Source: Bacteroidota bacterium (GTDB taxonomy: Bacteria > Bacteroidota > Bacteroidia > Bacteroidales > GCA-2748055). From it: a stretch of DNA of 64,000 bases. Where the stretch lies: positions 3,695 through 67,694 of the forward strand of contig JBDLIQ010000006.1 of assembly GCA_039714775.1 (NCBI GenBank). Reading direction: 5' to 3'. Of the stretch, positions 46,165 through 55,430 are shown in pieces. Numbering within the stretch: the first letter of the stretch is position 1; every line of letters starts with the position of its first letter. A model generated the notes under the pieces. That model did not search any database and was not told the origin of the DNA. It saw only the letters and a program-made list of their open reading frames with translations. The translations under genes were made by a program, and so were the position numbers.

Positions 46165-49100
46165 TTAAAAGTTAAACTGAGCTCCGATTAAGATATTTCT
46201 TTGTGGCGGATAGCTTGCGCCGTCAGGACTGAGCATTTCAGGGTCCCAGAGCTTGAAATCACTAAATGTCAACATATTTTGACCTTGAAGATAGACCCGG
46301 ATCATCTTGCTTATCCTATAGCCAAACTCAGCATCCTTCCACCTCATAAAAGAGCCTTTCCTTAACCACCAGGAGTTAAATTGACGGTTGTTGTCATTTC
46401 TGTCCTCCGTCACCCTGGGATAGGTAGCATAAGGGTCCTCGTTTACTCCGGGCGACCAGTAATCATCTGCAATAAAGGTCATTACATTGCTCTCTGTCTC
46501 AATGGAAAAGGGATGCATTCCACCGCCAACACCCATTGACAACCTGCCTATCCCCTGGAAAAAGGTGGAAAAATCAAATTTTTTGTACTGAATGGAAAAT
46601 CCGAATCCATAGGTAATTTCCGGAAGATAGGGAGCCCCCAGCGGAATCAGATCATTCATATCAACGATACCATCACCAGTTACATCCCTGAATTTCAGAT
46701 CGCCCACACCGTATCCGCCAAAGCTTTGAAATGCGCTGTTATCCACATCCTCCTGGTCACTAAAAATGTATTCGGCATCATATCCCCACATGGTATTTAC
46801 CGGCTTTCCTACTTTGGACAGGTGTGGATAGTTCTCTTCAAATCCGGGTGGTTCATCAGCAGCAAGCACCTCGTTCCTGGCAAAGGTAAATGTTCCCATC
46901 GCTGTAATGATCAGATCGCTGGTAACGGCCTTGTTGTAGTTAAGCGCTATATCAATACCTCTGTTTACAAGTTCGCCGGAATTCGCCAATGGTAAAGCCG
47001 CTCCAGCACCCAGTGTGGTTGGCACAATGCTTCTTTGTAAAAGTATCCCGGTGCGATAATCACGGAACAGGTCAGCGGTTAAAATCAATCCATTTCTCAT
47101 CTCAAGATCGATACCCACATTGGCTTTATGCGATATCTCCCAGGTTACATCTACATTTTCGTATGTATTAATTACCACACCATTTGCCCAGTTGTTGAAG
47201 TCACTTCCAAATGAGTGATTCAGGCCGGAATAATTAAGATCAACACTGGATCTGTAGGGGAACCTTCTAATAATACCACCTGCCTGATCGTTTCCTGCCA
47301 ATCCATAGGAGGCACGAATTTTCATCACTGAAAAGAGGCTGCCCAGTGTCTCCTGAAAGAACTTCTCATTCGAAATGGCGTAGCCCACCGAAATAGAGGG
47401 GAAGAATCCAAACCTGTGATCTGGTGCAAAGTTTTCACTGCCGGTGTATCCCATGTTTGTCTCCAGCATATACCTGTTATCATACATGTAACTGATCCTG
47501 GCCGCAAGTCCCTGGTTTCTGTACGGAAGCGCTGAATAAAAACTTCCCGCATTATTGTCCCTGAAGTCGTTCTGATTGTACACAAGCATGGATTGAATAT
47601 CATGCTTTCCAAATGACTTGTTATAGTTTATGGAGGATTGGATATATACAGCAGAATTCCTGCCGGCGCTCCAGCTACCAAAATTCAAAGCTGTATTTCC
47701 ACCCTGTCCCATCATGACCACATCATAATCATACACACCATCTGTTTCGGTGATAGAGGATTCGTCTACCATATAGTAGAAGGGTTCATATAGCCTTGTA
47801 AATCCTGAATTGGCATAATTCTTCACAGATACCATCACCTCCGCTGAGAGCCCCTCTACCCACTTAATATCCTGGGTAAGCTTTGCCAGCCCCAACAGGG
47901 TTGTTGATCGCTCTCCAACATACCCCCGCACCAATGAGGCGTAAGGATTTGGCAGGGCGAGACCGTCACCTCCCGGTTTTGAACCGAATTTTATGTGATC
48001 GACACCCTCCTCATCAGGAAAAGTGACAGGGAAATTGACAGGATTTGACCTCAGTACCAGTTGGTACAGATGGGTGGACCACATCCATGGCCTGTTATTT
48101 GAGTCAAAGTTTGTATTAATTCTTACATCAAGTTTAGTACTGTTGCTTAGATCATACGTGAGGTTATTTTGCAGGTTAAATCTCTTAAAATTGATGTTGT
48201 TATCGTTATCGGGTCCCTCCCTCATTAATCCGGTATCGTCGGTGTAGGAGACCGATGTAAAATACTGCACCTTCTCACTCCCTCCCCTGATGTTCACGTT
48301 GGCATACTGATGGGTTGCATAATCCTTGAAAACAGTACTCATCCAGTCAACATTGGGAAAAAGGTAGGGGTCCAGCCCCTGCATCGTACCATCTATTTTC
48401 TGCTGTGTGTACTCCAGCGGCCTCTCCGGATTGGAGTTGAACCTGGCTTCGTTTGACATCTCCATAAAGGTGACGGCATCGGAGTACTCCGGCAGCATGG
48501 TGGGTGACTTGAGAGAGCTCTCCACACGAACACTCACCATTGGTTTATCTGAAGCTATACCATCTTTGGTAACTATAAGTATAACTCCGTTGGCACCACG
48601 CGCCCCGTAAAGGGCAGTGGCGGAGGCATCTTTCAGTATGGTGAAGTTCTCAATAATGGATGGATCCAACGCGTTCAGGTCAGCATTACTGATCTGTACC
48701 CCGTCAAGAAATATAAGCGGATTGTTTGAACTTCCGGCCCCGAATGTTGATACGCCACGAATCCAAAAATCGGATCCGTCCTGTCCCGGCTCACCGCTGC
48801 GTTGCACCGCGATCACACCGGGCATGCGGCCCGCGAAACTACTGGAGAGGGAGGAGGAGGGTGTTTTAAGGATATCCGGATTCACAGCAGTAATGGCCCC
48901 GGTAACACTGATCTTCTTCTGTTTTCCGAAACCGACCACAACCAGCTCTTCGATACCGGCTGCATCGACGGCCATCTCCACATTGATCACTGTTCTGGAT
49001 CCAACAACCACCTCCTGGGTGGCATAACCAATAAAAGAGAAGACAAGGGTGGCACTCTCATCCGGCACTTCAATTGAATAGTATCCATTCATATCAGTAA

Positions 49101-49332
49101 TTGTTCCGGTGGTTGTACCCTTTACGAAGATGTTTGCACCAGGAATTTCGATCCCTTCCGCATCCCGGACGGTACCCGTAATCTCTATACCGGCTTTCCG
49201 GAGTTCATTTGAGGAACTCTCCTCTGAAGGATTTGCTGAAGCATATGAATACCCAGCCAACAAAAGGAATAGAATAAAGTGTGACTTTACTATTCTCTTT
49301 CTCAAAAACTGCGGACAATAAAATCGATTCAT
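46165..49332 (-). CDS. SusC/RagA-family TonB-dependent transporter (PUL-B)
   Basis: 1055 aa. CarboxypepD_reg-like domain (ITGTVRDAEGIEIPGANIFVKGTTTGTITDMNGYYSIEV). Plug (ELVVVGFGKQKK, FWIRGVSTFG, ILKDASATALYGARGANGVILIVTKDG). C-terminal ...IGAQFNF. Confidence 0.92.
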   Translation of the reverse strand: MNRFYCPQFLRKRIVKSHFILFLLLAGYSYASANPSEESSSNELRKAGIEITGTVRDAEGIEIPGANIFVKGTTTGTITDMNGYYSIEVPDESATLVFSFIGYATQEVVVGSRTVINVEMAVDAAGIEELVVVGFGKQKKISVTGAITAVNPDILKTPSSSLSSSFAGRMPGVIAVQRSGEPGQDGSDFWIRGVSTFGAGSSNNPLIFLDGVQISNADLNALDPSIIENFTILKDASATALYGARGANGVILIVTKDGIASDKPMVSVRVESSLKSPTMLPEYSDAVTFMEMSNEARFNSNPERPLEYTQQKIDGTMQGLDPYLFPNVDWMSTVFKDYATHQYANVNIRGGSEKVQYFTSVSYTDDTGLMREGPDNDNNINFKRFNLQNNLTYDLSNSTKLDVRINTNFDSNNRPWMWSTHLYQLVLRSNPVNFPVTFPDEEGVDHIKFGSKPGGDGLALPNPYASLVRGYVGERSTTLLGLAKLTQDIKWVEGLSAEVMVSVKNYANSGFTRLYEPFYYMVDESSITETDGVYDYDVVMMGQGGNTALNFGSWSAGRNSAVYIQSSINYNKSFGKHDIQSMLVYNQNDFRDNNAGSFYSALPYRNQGLAARISYMYDNRYMLETNMGYTGSENFAPDHRFGFFPSISVGYAISNEKFFQETLGSLFSVMKIRASYGLAGNDQAGGIIRRFPYRSSVDLNYSGLNHSFGSDFNNWANGVVINTYENVDVTWEISHKANVGIDLEMRNGLILTADLFRDYRTGILLQRSIVPTTLGAGAALPLANSGELVNRGIDIALNYNKAVTSDLIITAMGTFTFARNEVLAADEPPGFEENYPHLSKVGKPVNTMWGYDAEYIFSDQEDVDNSAFQSFGGYGVGDLKFRDVTGDGIVDMNDLIPLGAPYLPEITYGFGFSIQYKKFDFSTFFQGIGRLSMGVGGGMHPFSIETESNVMTFIADDYWSPGVNEDPYATYPRVTEDRNDNNRQFNSWWLRKGSFMRWKDAEFGYRISKMIRVYLQGQNMLTFSDFKLWDPEMLSPDGASYPPQRNILIGAQFNF

Positions 49333-49408
49333 AATTGTATCAGTTGAAATTAAGTTGGTTGTATCTCTTTTTACTTATGTGCAAGATACAGAACAGATCA
49401 TCTGGCTT

Positions 49409-49446
49409 TTTTGTACAGTTGTCCAGATTCTTAGTATCCATGTTCA
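49409..49446 (-). promoter_or_regulatory. Candidate AraC/HTCS operator, copy C: TGAACatggATAC-N8-TGGACaactGTACaaaa
   Basis: Read on the minus strand. Repeat starts are 21 nt apart. The element ends 80 nt before the SusC ATG (49332) and lies 36 nt after the CotH2 stop. Confidence 0.55.
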
Positions 49447-49481
49447 GAACTACCTTCCTGAACAATCTCATTTCTCAGCTC

Positions 49482-51764
49482 TTAATCAATCTTCACTAAT
49501 TTCCCTTTATTGATTATCTGCTTATCTGCTACTATTACATAAAAATAGACTGCGCACGCCGCTTGTCTGTTTGAATCTCCGCTACCATCCCAGGTATACA
49601 CGGCAGTTCCTGTTCCCGGCGAATAGACTGTTTCAGATTTGATAATCTTACCAAGAACATCATAAATGAAGATAGATACCGACCCCGGCTTATCTGCTTT
49701 AAAACTGATCCTGCATGAGGAGCTAAATGGATTTGGAAACGGGGGTTCATTTAGATCTTCATCGCCATGATCTGCCTCAATGCGGTTATTTGAGGAAAGC
49801 TTTCCAGGCATATTTTCATCCATCCACACCAGTCTTGCGCTGATGAACTCTTTCATCTGTTCAATCTCTTCTGCCCATGTTGTTGGACCGCCGCTTCTAG
49901 GCGCGTTGTAGCCCATACTGCCCGATTCCGGAAAGCCTGGATTTGGCCAGAGGTATGTGCCAAGAATCGGATATGTAACAAAATTACGCTGCTGGGCCTC
50001 AGTTAATAATTCTGTCCATTTATCAATCAAAGAAAAAATATGCGTCTCCGAAAAAACTGTAGTCCGAAAACCGGTCCATCTGGTTTTGCATAGATCCTGA
50101 AATTGTGGTTCTTTATTAAGTGTCATCCACCAGTTCTTATTCCACCTGTCCATGTTTTGTATGATAGGCCAGTACCAGCCCGCAGCCGTCCAACCGTAAA
50201 AGTAGTCCGCATTGCCCAAAGAGAAGTTGTAATCCCAAACCGGGGCGGCAACAATTTTACCACCTCTCTCTTTATGGAAATAGGTGCTCAACCGGTAGCC
50301 ATCAATATTCTTTGTTAGCTCAACAATTAAAAAATTATCAACAAATGACGGCAGGTCAATATACGCGCTGTAATCACCTCCGGAATAGAGAACATTTTCA
50401 AACTCATTCAGATGATTGTTCAGCCAGCTGGTTTGTTCTGGAAGGATACTGTCACTCTTTGGCTCCGTAATGACCAGCTGCATTCCTCGCGACAAAGAAA
50501 TTACATTGTCACCCACATCTGTCCAATCTTCTTTAAAAATATATCCGCCGCTGACCTCGGGCTCATTGATATCTTCCGGTACCATTTTAGTAACATCAAC
50601 CCTGTTGTTGTCGCGTTTAATTGTTTCAGTGAATAGATAAACACCCATATATTCACCATTTATAACAAGCTCACAAAAGCGTACCCGCGGTGCATATCTT
50701 CCTAACTGACCGGCAAGTGTATAGGACAATGCATTCCTCATCAGTGTTTTGTCGGAATAGGGTCCATTTAATACCCAGTCGTTTTCTTTCGGCATCCCCA
50801 GCAGGGAGACGTTGTTATTTGTCCCGCTATCGGTCTGTGTCTCTATTCTATATGATTTCTTATCAAATCCCTGTGATGATCTTCCCCGCCTCTCAATAGC
50901 GATCTGCCCGTCATAGTTATTGAATGGATCACCGGGTGCGTTGTAATTTCCCTCTCCGTTATAGATAAGTCCCATGTGGGCAACAATTCTTGGTTCATCA
51001 GGAATGACCTGACCCCTGGTGTCGATCAACACCAATGGCAGCAGTGTACTGTCTAATCCAGAGGACTCATAGAACCAATCCGGTGTGGGTGAGAAGAAAT
51101 TTTGCGAACTGTTGATCCCTGCATGAAGGTATACATTGGAGGATAGGTCAGATGAGCCGATGTCAATGTTATGAACCTCCAGTGCAAGCAGATTGGTCCC
51201 GGATATAAGATTTGCCAGATGAAGATCGTCCAGGATGAACCTTTCGGGGATCCCTCCATCAAAAAGCACTGCGTTATGGTGATCTGCCGCATTCTGATCC
51301 CAGCTGGTCCCGGATCCTTCACTTCCCATATTGAACCTGGCAACCTCCACACCGTTCAGATAGGCCACAAAGCCATCATCAAAATCGATATCCAGTATCA
51401 ACTCCTCTATGAACTGAAGTGAATCGACTGTAAAATCATAACGACAGTATACTGACAGTGCCGGATCAATAACCACATTGTCATCACCGTCACCATATCC
51501 GACACCCCCGGCACCTTCCGTCCATGATGAATCATCAAACGCTGTGTCCGCCCAACCGGAAGGCACTGGTGATTGCGGGACAAGGTAGGTGCAAAGATTC
51601 CCGGGCTGCAGAATGGTCTCCCAATGATCGACGGATTGACCGCTTACGGAAAACGCAGTAAAAGCAAACAGCAGAAGAAAAAAACCTCTATGAATCCAGC
51701 TATAAGGAGATTGATGGCATGCGATAATCTGCATGGCAATATTATCACTTTTATGTTCAATCAT
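49482..51764 (-). CDS. CotH-family protein with T9SS CTD
   Basis: 760 aa; an alternative start is ATG 51734. The N-terminal module is shared with 29043-32588 (SSWTEGAGGVGYGDGDDNVVI ... IDFDDGFVAYLNGVEVARF). CotH core: DKKSYRIE ... VRFCELVINGEYMGVYLFTETIKRD. CTD: PFPNPFSSSCRISF ... SIFIYDVLGKIIK ... VYFYVIVAD. Confidence 0.75.
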   Translation of the reverse strand: MIEHKSDNIAMQIIACHQSPYSWIHRGFFLLLFAFTAFSVSGQSVDHWETILQPGNLCTYLVPQSPVPSGWADTAFDDSSWTEGAGGVGYGDGDDNVVIDPALSVYCRYDFTVDSLQFIEELILDIDFDDGFVAYLNGVEVARFNMGSEGSGTSWDQNAADHHNAVLFDGGIPERFILDDLHLANLISGTNLLALEVHNIDIGSSDLSSNVYLHAGINSSQNFFSPTPDWFYESSGLDSTLLPLVLIDTRGQVIPDEPRIVAHMGLIYNGEGNYNAPGDPFNNYDGQIAIERRGRSSQGFDKKSYRIETQTDSGTNNNVSLLGMPKENDWVLNGPYSDKTLMRNALSYTLAGQLGRYAPRVRFCELVINGEYMGVYLFTETIKRDNNRVDVTKMVPEDINEPEVSGGYIFKEDWTDVGDNVISLSRGMQLVITEPKSDSILPEQTSWLNNHLNEFENVLYSGGDYSAYIDLPSFVDNFLIVELTKNIDGYRLSTYFHKERGGKIVAAPVWDYNFSLGNADYFYGWTAAGWYWPIIQNMDRWNKNWWMTLNKEPQFQDLCKTRWTGFRTTVFSETHIFSLIDKWTELLTEAQQRNFVTYPILGTYLWPNPGFPESGSMGYNAPRSGGPTTWAEEIEQMKEFISARLVWMDENMPGKLSSNNRIEADHGDEDLNEPPFPNPFSSSCRISFKADKPGSVSIFIYDVLGKIIKSETVYSPGTGTAVYTWDGSGDSNRQAACAVYFYVIVADKQIINKGKLVKID

Positions 51765-51851
51765 TTCAGGTGAAACAAAGTTCTACTAGTTCAATATGCC
51801 TGATACCGGTAAACAATTCTACAAAAGAAATTGCAGCCAATATAAAGAATC

Positions 51852-51865
51852 GTCTCAATTGAGAC
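51852..51865. repeat. 14-bp perfect palindrome GTCTCAATTGAGAC directly upstream of operator copy B
   Basis: Read directly. It is self-complementary over 14 nt and ends 5 nt before the first TGAAC of copy B. Confidence 0.5.
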
Positions 51866-51870
51866 TCAAT

Positions 51871-51908
51871 TGAACATGGGTACATAAGATCTGAACAAGC
51901 ATACAAAT
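51871..51908 (+). promoter_or_regulatory. Candidate AraC/HTCS operator, copy B: TGAACatggGTAC-N8-TGAACaagcATACaaat
   Basis: Repeat starts are at 51871 and 51892, 21 nt apart. The element ends 73 nt before ATG 51978 of the GH62-like/GH127-like operon. Confidence 0.55.
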
Positions 51909-51977
51909 TGATGAATGAATCAGTTCCCTAAATTGCAATGGAAACTTCACCAATAATCAACTAAACAAACCGGAATT

Positions 51978-53159
51978 ATGAATCTTAAACTTCTCCTTGC
52001 ACTCCAGAATACAAGAGGGCTATTCCGGGTCAATTATAGAATAATATCCTGTTTTGTTGCATTGGTCTCTTCATGCACCAACCCGGCCGGGAATCAAGAG
52101 ACAACACCGGATCAATCTTTCCCGGAAGTCAATTATAGAAATTGGACTGTCACTGAGCCGGTACTGGAGGCGGGCAAACCGGGCAATTTTGATGAGATCT
52201 CGGTAAAGGATCCCACCATCGTGTACTTCAACGGAAAATATCATTTGTTTTACACCAGCAAGGCCACCTATGAGACCCGTGACAGGATGCCGCACCTGAG
52301 CAGGAACGGATCGGGTCTTGGGTATGTGTCTGCCAGTACATTGAAAGAGCTGAAGAATGCCCAGAGGCACGATATGGGCAGCATTACCGGGTCGGTTATT
52401 GTGGCGCCACAGGTGTTCTATTTCGAACCGCAGCAGTTATGGTATATTGTGGCCCATACCCTTGTGGGGGGAGGGCACGATCTGATGCCCATCTACCTGA
52501 CCAACCCGGACATAGAGGATATCCATGGCTGGTCTGCTCCGCAGGAACTTAAAACCCGTAAGATAAACAATGGCTTCTGGATCGATTTCTGGGTCATTTG
52601 TAATGAAGAGAAGGCACACCTCTTCTATACCGATCATGAAGGTTCCCTCTTCAGGTTTGAATGTCCGCTGGAGGAGTTTCCCCAAGGTTTTGCAAATAAA
52701 AAGGAGGAGACCGTGCTGACGATCCGTGGTGAGACCAGCACAGGCAGATGGCGCATGCATGAGGCGAGCCATATCTATTACGTGAAAGAGCATGATTGCT
52801 ACCTGAATCTGATGGAATCGGTCTACCCCCACCCCACAGTAAAGTACTACTGGGACAGCCGGAACCGTTTTCTGTTCGGAATGGTGGCAGAGAAACTTGA
52901 AGGGCCATGGACCAGGATTGAACCGGGTCTGAACGAATTCCTGGGAGATCCGGCCAATCTCTTCATGGAGGATGGCAGCAAGGCGGTGTATGACCAGGTG
53001 AGCCACCCGGAGCTGATCCGCTCGGGATATGATCAACACCTTGAGATCGAGAATTTTAACCTGCAACTGCTTTTTCAGGCATTTGATGCCGATACCATCG
53101 GAACAAAATATGACTACAACTACCTGCCCTGGAAACTGATGATTATGGAGAACTATTAA
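51978..53159 (+). CDS. GH62-like alpha-L-arabinofuranosidase-family beta-propeller (paralog 3)
   Basis: 393 aa. Lipobox LVSSCTN. Near-identical to paralog 2 from residue ~45 to the C-terminus. Confidence 0.72.
   Translation: MNLKLLLALQNTRGLFRVNYRIISCFVALVSSCTNPAGNQETTPDQSFPEVNYRNWTVTEPVLEAGKPGNFDEISVKDPTIVYFNGKYHLFYTSKATYETRDRMPHLSRNGSGLGYVSASTLKELKNAQRHDMGSITGSVIVAPQVFYFEPQQLWYIVAHTLVGGGHDLMPIYLTNPDIEDIHGWSAPQELKTRKINNGFWIDFWVICNEEKAHLFYTDHEGSLFRFECPLEEFPQGFANKKEETVLTIRGETSTGRWRMHEASHIYYVKEHDCYLNLMESVYPHPTVKYYWDSRNRFLFGMVAEKLEGPWTRIEPGLNEFLGDPANLFMEDGSKAVYDQVSHPELIRSGYDQHLEIENFNLQLLFQAFDADTIGTKYDYNYLPWKLMIMENY
52110..53159 (+). repeat. 1.05-kb dispersed direct repeat, copy 2 (partner 26908-27957)
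   Basis: See copy 1. Same orientation, about 25.2 kb apart. Confidence 0.8.
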
Positions 53160-53171
53160 GCCACCATCGAC

Positions 53172-55334
53172 ATGACACTGAAAAACAACTTCTCTAAAAC
53201 ACTCAAATGGATCTTTATCATTCTGGTTGTTAGCTCCTGTGTACAGAAGACAGAGCCCACAAGAACAGCTGTACAGGATGCAATGGTTGAACTGCCGGTT
53301 GGTTCGACCACGCCATTGGGTTGGATCAAGGACCACATCATCGAAGATTATGAGAACGGGTGGATCACAAATGTGGAGAAGATGTCGGCCGAAGGCGACT
53401 GGTGGCAGCGCCCGGGAAGAATCGAATTATTGGGAGATTACGGGAAATCTCCCTTTTATCAACCCTATGTTGAACACCTCGGGGCACATGCCGGGGGAGA
53501 GTACCAGGCCCACTGGATTGACAACCTTTGCCGCCTGGGATGGGATTGTGGCATGGAGGAGTGCAGGACAAAAGCCAGCGAGGCGGTCAGCGCAATCCTG
53601 GAGCATATTCCCGAAAACGGATACATTGGAGTGGCCAGTTCTGAAATGCAGTTCACCAATGTCTCTCTGGCATTTTCAGAGTATGAGCTATGGAGTTTCG
53701 GAGAGCATCTGTATGCATTAATGACCTATTATCAAAGAACCGGAGAGAGGGATGTACTGGATGCCTGTATAAAGGCCGCTGATCTGTTTGTTGATACTTT
53801 TGATCCCGGTCGTGAAGGACATACGGAGCTCTACGGTCTCTGGTGGGCTACTGTGATCTATAGCCTTTCGGAACTGCATGGTTATACCGGTAACGACCGA
53901 TACCTGGCAATGGCTGAGTATATGATGCCCACATTCATGAAGGCCCTAAAATGGGATACGCCCACTGTGGAGCAGCATGGTGTATCCGGCCATAGCGCGG
54001 GGCTTGGTGTGGCGCTCAAGGCTGAACTGGCCCTCTATCACCGCAATGGTGATCCTGCATTGCTCGAGAACATCAATCTAATAGAAGAACAGGTGCATAC
54101 CACACACCTGTTGCCCAACGGTTCGCCAAGTGGCCACGGGGAGTCACTCAGAGGCAAAGGCCCCTATGTGCATATGGAGCTTTGTGATCCATTCTGGTGG
54201 GTCTGGCACTGGACCGAAATGCTTAAGTTAACAGGTGATCCCCGGTATGCTGATATGGCAGAGAAAGCCGCATTCAATGCCCTGCCGGCAGCCAGAAGCA
54301 AGGATGGCAAAACCATACAGTATTTTAGTTGCCAGAACCAGATTACAACATCAAAACATGTGGATCAGGAGAAGACCGCCCATCGCATCCGCCACGCGTG
54401 GGACTGCTGCCACTCCAACTCCTCCCGGATCCTGCCCATCATGGCGGCGAATTCAGTTCTTAAGGGTGAGGATGGGGCTGTGAATATGGTCTATTATGGT
54501 CCGTTTAAGTCCAGCTTTGAACTGAAGGGAGCCAGTGTCAGGCTGACCAATCGGACCAATTACCCATTTGAAGAGATAACTTCTGTGTTAATCAATACAG
54601 ACAGGCCGGTGAAGTTCCCGCTACGGCTCAGGGTGCCGGGATGGTGCAGGGAGGCGATGGCTAAGGTTGGAGATAAAACTTATATGTGTGAAGAGAGCTC
54701 AAAAGGGTGGATTGAAATTGAACGCAGATGGAGCGACGGAGATGTGGTGGAACTGAGCCTTCCAATGGAAATAAAAGTGGAGAAGCACAGATTTAACTCA
54801 GATATACGCCTGGTACCGGACCAGCAGCTTGATGGTGAGTGGGCGGAGGCAGTGACAGTGGAGCGGGGACCGCTGCTCTATAGCCTGAGCGTGCCTGAAG
54901 AGATCCGCAAACCTGTGACGATTATGGGCAAGGAGAGGGGTGGTTTCGAATGTATGGCAGCCGTTGACGGTCCCTGGAATTATGCACTCCTACTTGACAA
55001 GGAGGACCCGGCCTACTCGTTCACCATCGTTTCCAATCTTCAGCAGGACACAGGCTTTGTATGGGAGAACCCGCCTGTGACTCTGCAGGTGAAAGCAGCC
55101 CGGGTACCTGAATGGAGATGCACCGATCAGCAGTTGTCAGGCATTGTCCCTGCCGAAGAGTTCGACAGATGGTCTGAAGAGAAGAGACACCGGATGCATG
55201 ACAGGCGCTGGCTGGCACCGGACCTTCCAACACCCGGTTTCGAAATAGCCGAAGAGACAGAAACGCTGACTTTGATACCTCACGGTTTCACCCTGCTCAG
55301 AATGACCTATTTACCGTGGGTAGACATGGAGTAA
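53172..55334 (+). CDS. GH127/DUF1680-like beta-L-arabinofuranosidase-family lipoprotein
   Basis: 720 aa. Lipobox VVSSCVQ. Helical barrel-like N-terminal half. Cys-rich catalytic-type motifs are reminiscent of HypBA1 (HMELCDP, then HAWDCCHSNSSRILP, compared with E-x-C and CC-x-x-N as I recall them). The gap to the upstream GH62-like gene is 12 nt. Confidence 0.68.
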   Translation: MTLKNNFSKTLKWIFIILVVSSCVQKTEPTRTAVQDAMVELPVGSTTPLGWIKDHIIEDYENGWITNVEKMSAEGDWWQRPGRIELLGDYGKSPFYQPYVEHLGAHAGGEYQAHWIDNLCRLGWDCGMEECRTKASEAVSAILEHIPENGYIGVASSEMQFTNVSLAFSEYELWSFGEHLYALMTYYQRTGERDVLDACIKAADLFVDTFDPGREGHTELYGLWWATVIYSLSELHGYTGNDRYLAMAEYMMPTFMKALKWDTPTVEQHGVSGHSAGLGVALKAELALYHRNGDPALLENINLIEEQVHTTHLLPNGSPSGHGESLRGKGPYVHMELCDPFWWVWHWTEMLKLTGDPRYADMAEKAAFNALPAARSKDGKTIQYFSCQNQITTSKHVDQEKTAHRIRHAWDCCHSNSSRILPIMAANSVLKGEDGAVNMVYYGPFKSSFELKGASVRLTNRTNYPFEEITSVLINTDRPVKFPLRLRVPGWCREAMAKVGDKTYMCEESSKGWIEIERRWSDGDVVELSLPMEIKVEKHRFNSDIRLVPDQQLDGEWAEAVTVERGPLLYSLSVPEEIRKPVTIMGKERGGFECMAAVDGPWNYALLLDKEDPAYSFTIVSNLQQDTGFVWENPPVTLQVKAARVPEWRCTDQQLSGIVPAEEFDRWSEEKRHRMHDRRWLAPDLPTPGFEIAEETETLTLIPHGFTLLRMTYLPWVDME

Positions 55335-55430
55335 ACATATTTTACAGTAAATCATCACAGCTCTGAAACGGTGACCCGATATTTGACTTCTGGTTGAGAC
55401 AATCAGGACCCTGGTGTAAGAACCAGGTCA

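Noticed and set aside
52437-53336. 299-aa minus-strand ORF, and its counterpart 27442-27978 (178 aa), antisense to the GH62-like paralogs
   Set aside because: The two occur as a pair only because the sense genes are duplicated. No signal peptide or motif is visible. They span the gene boundary into the next gene, which real genes in this tightly packed operon would not do.
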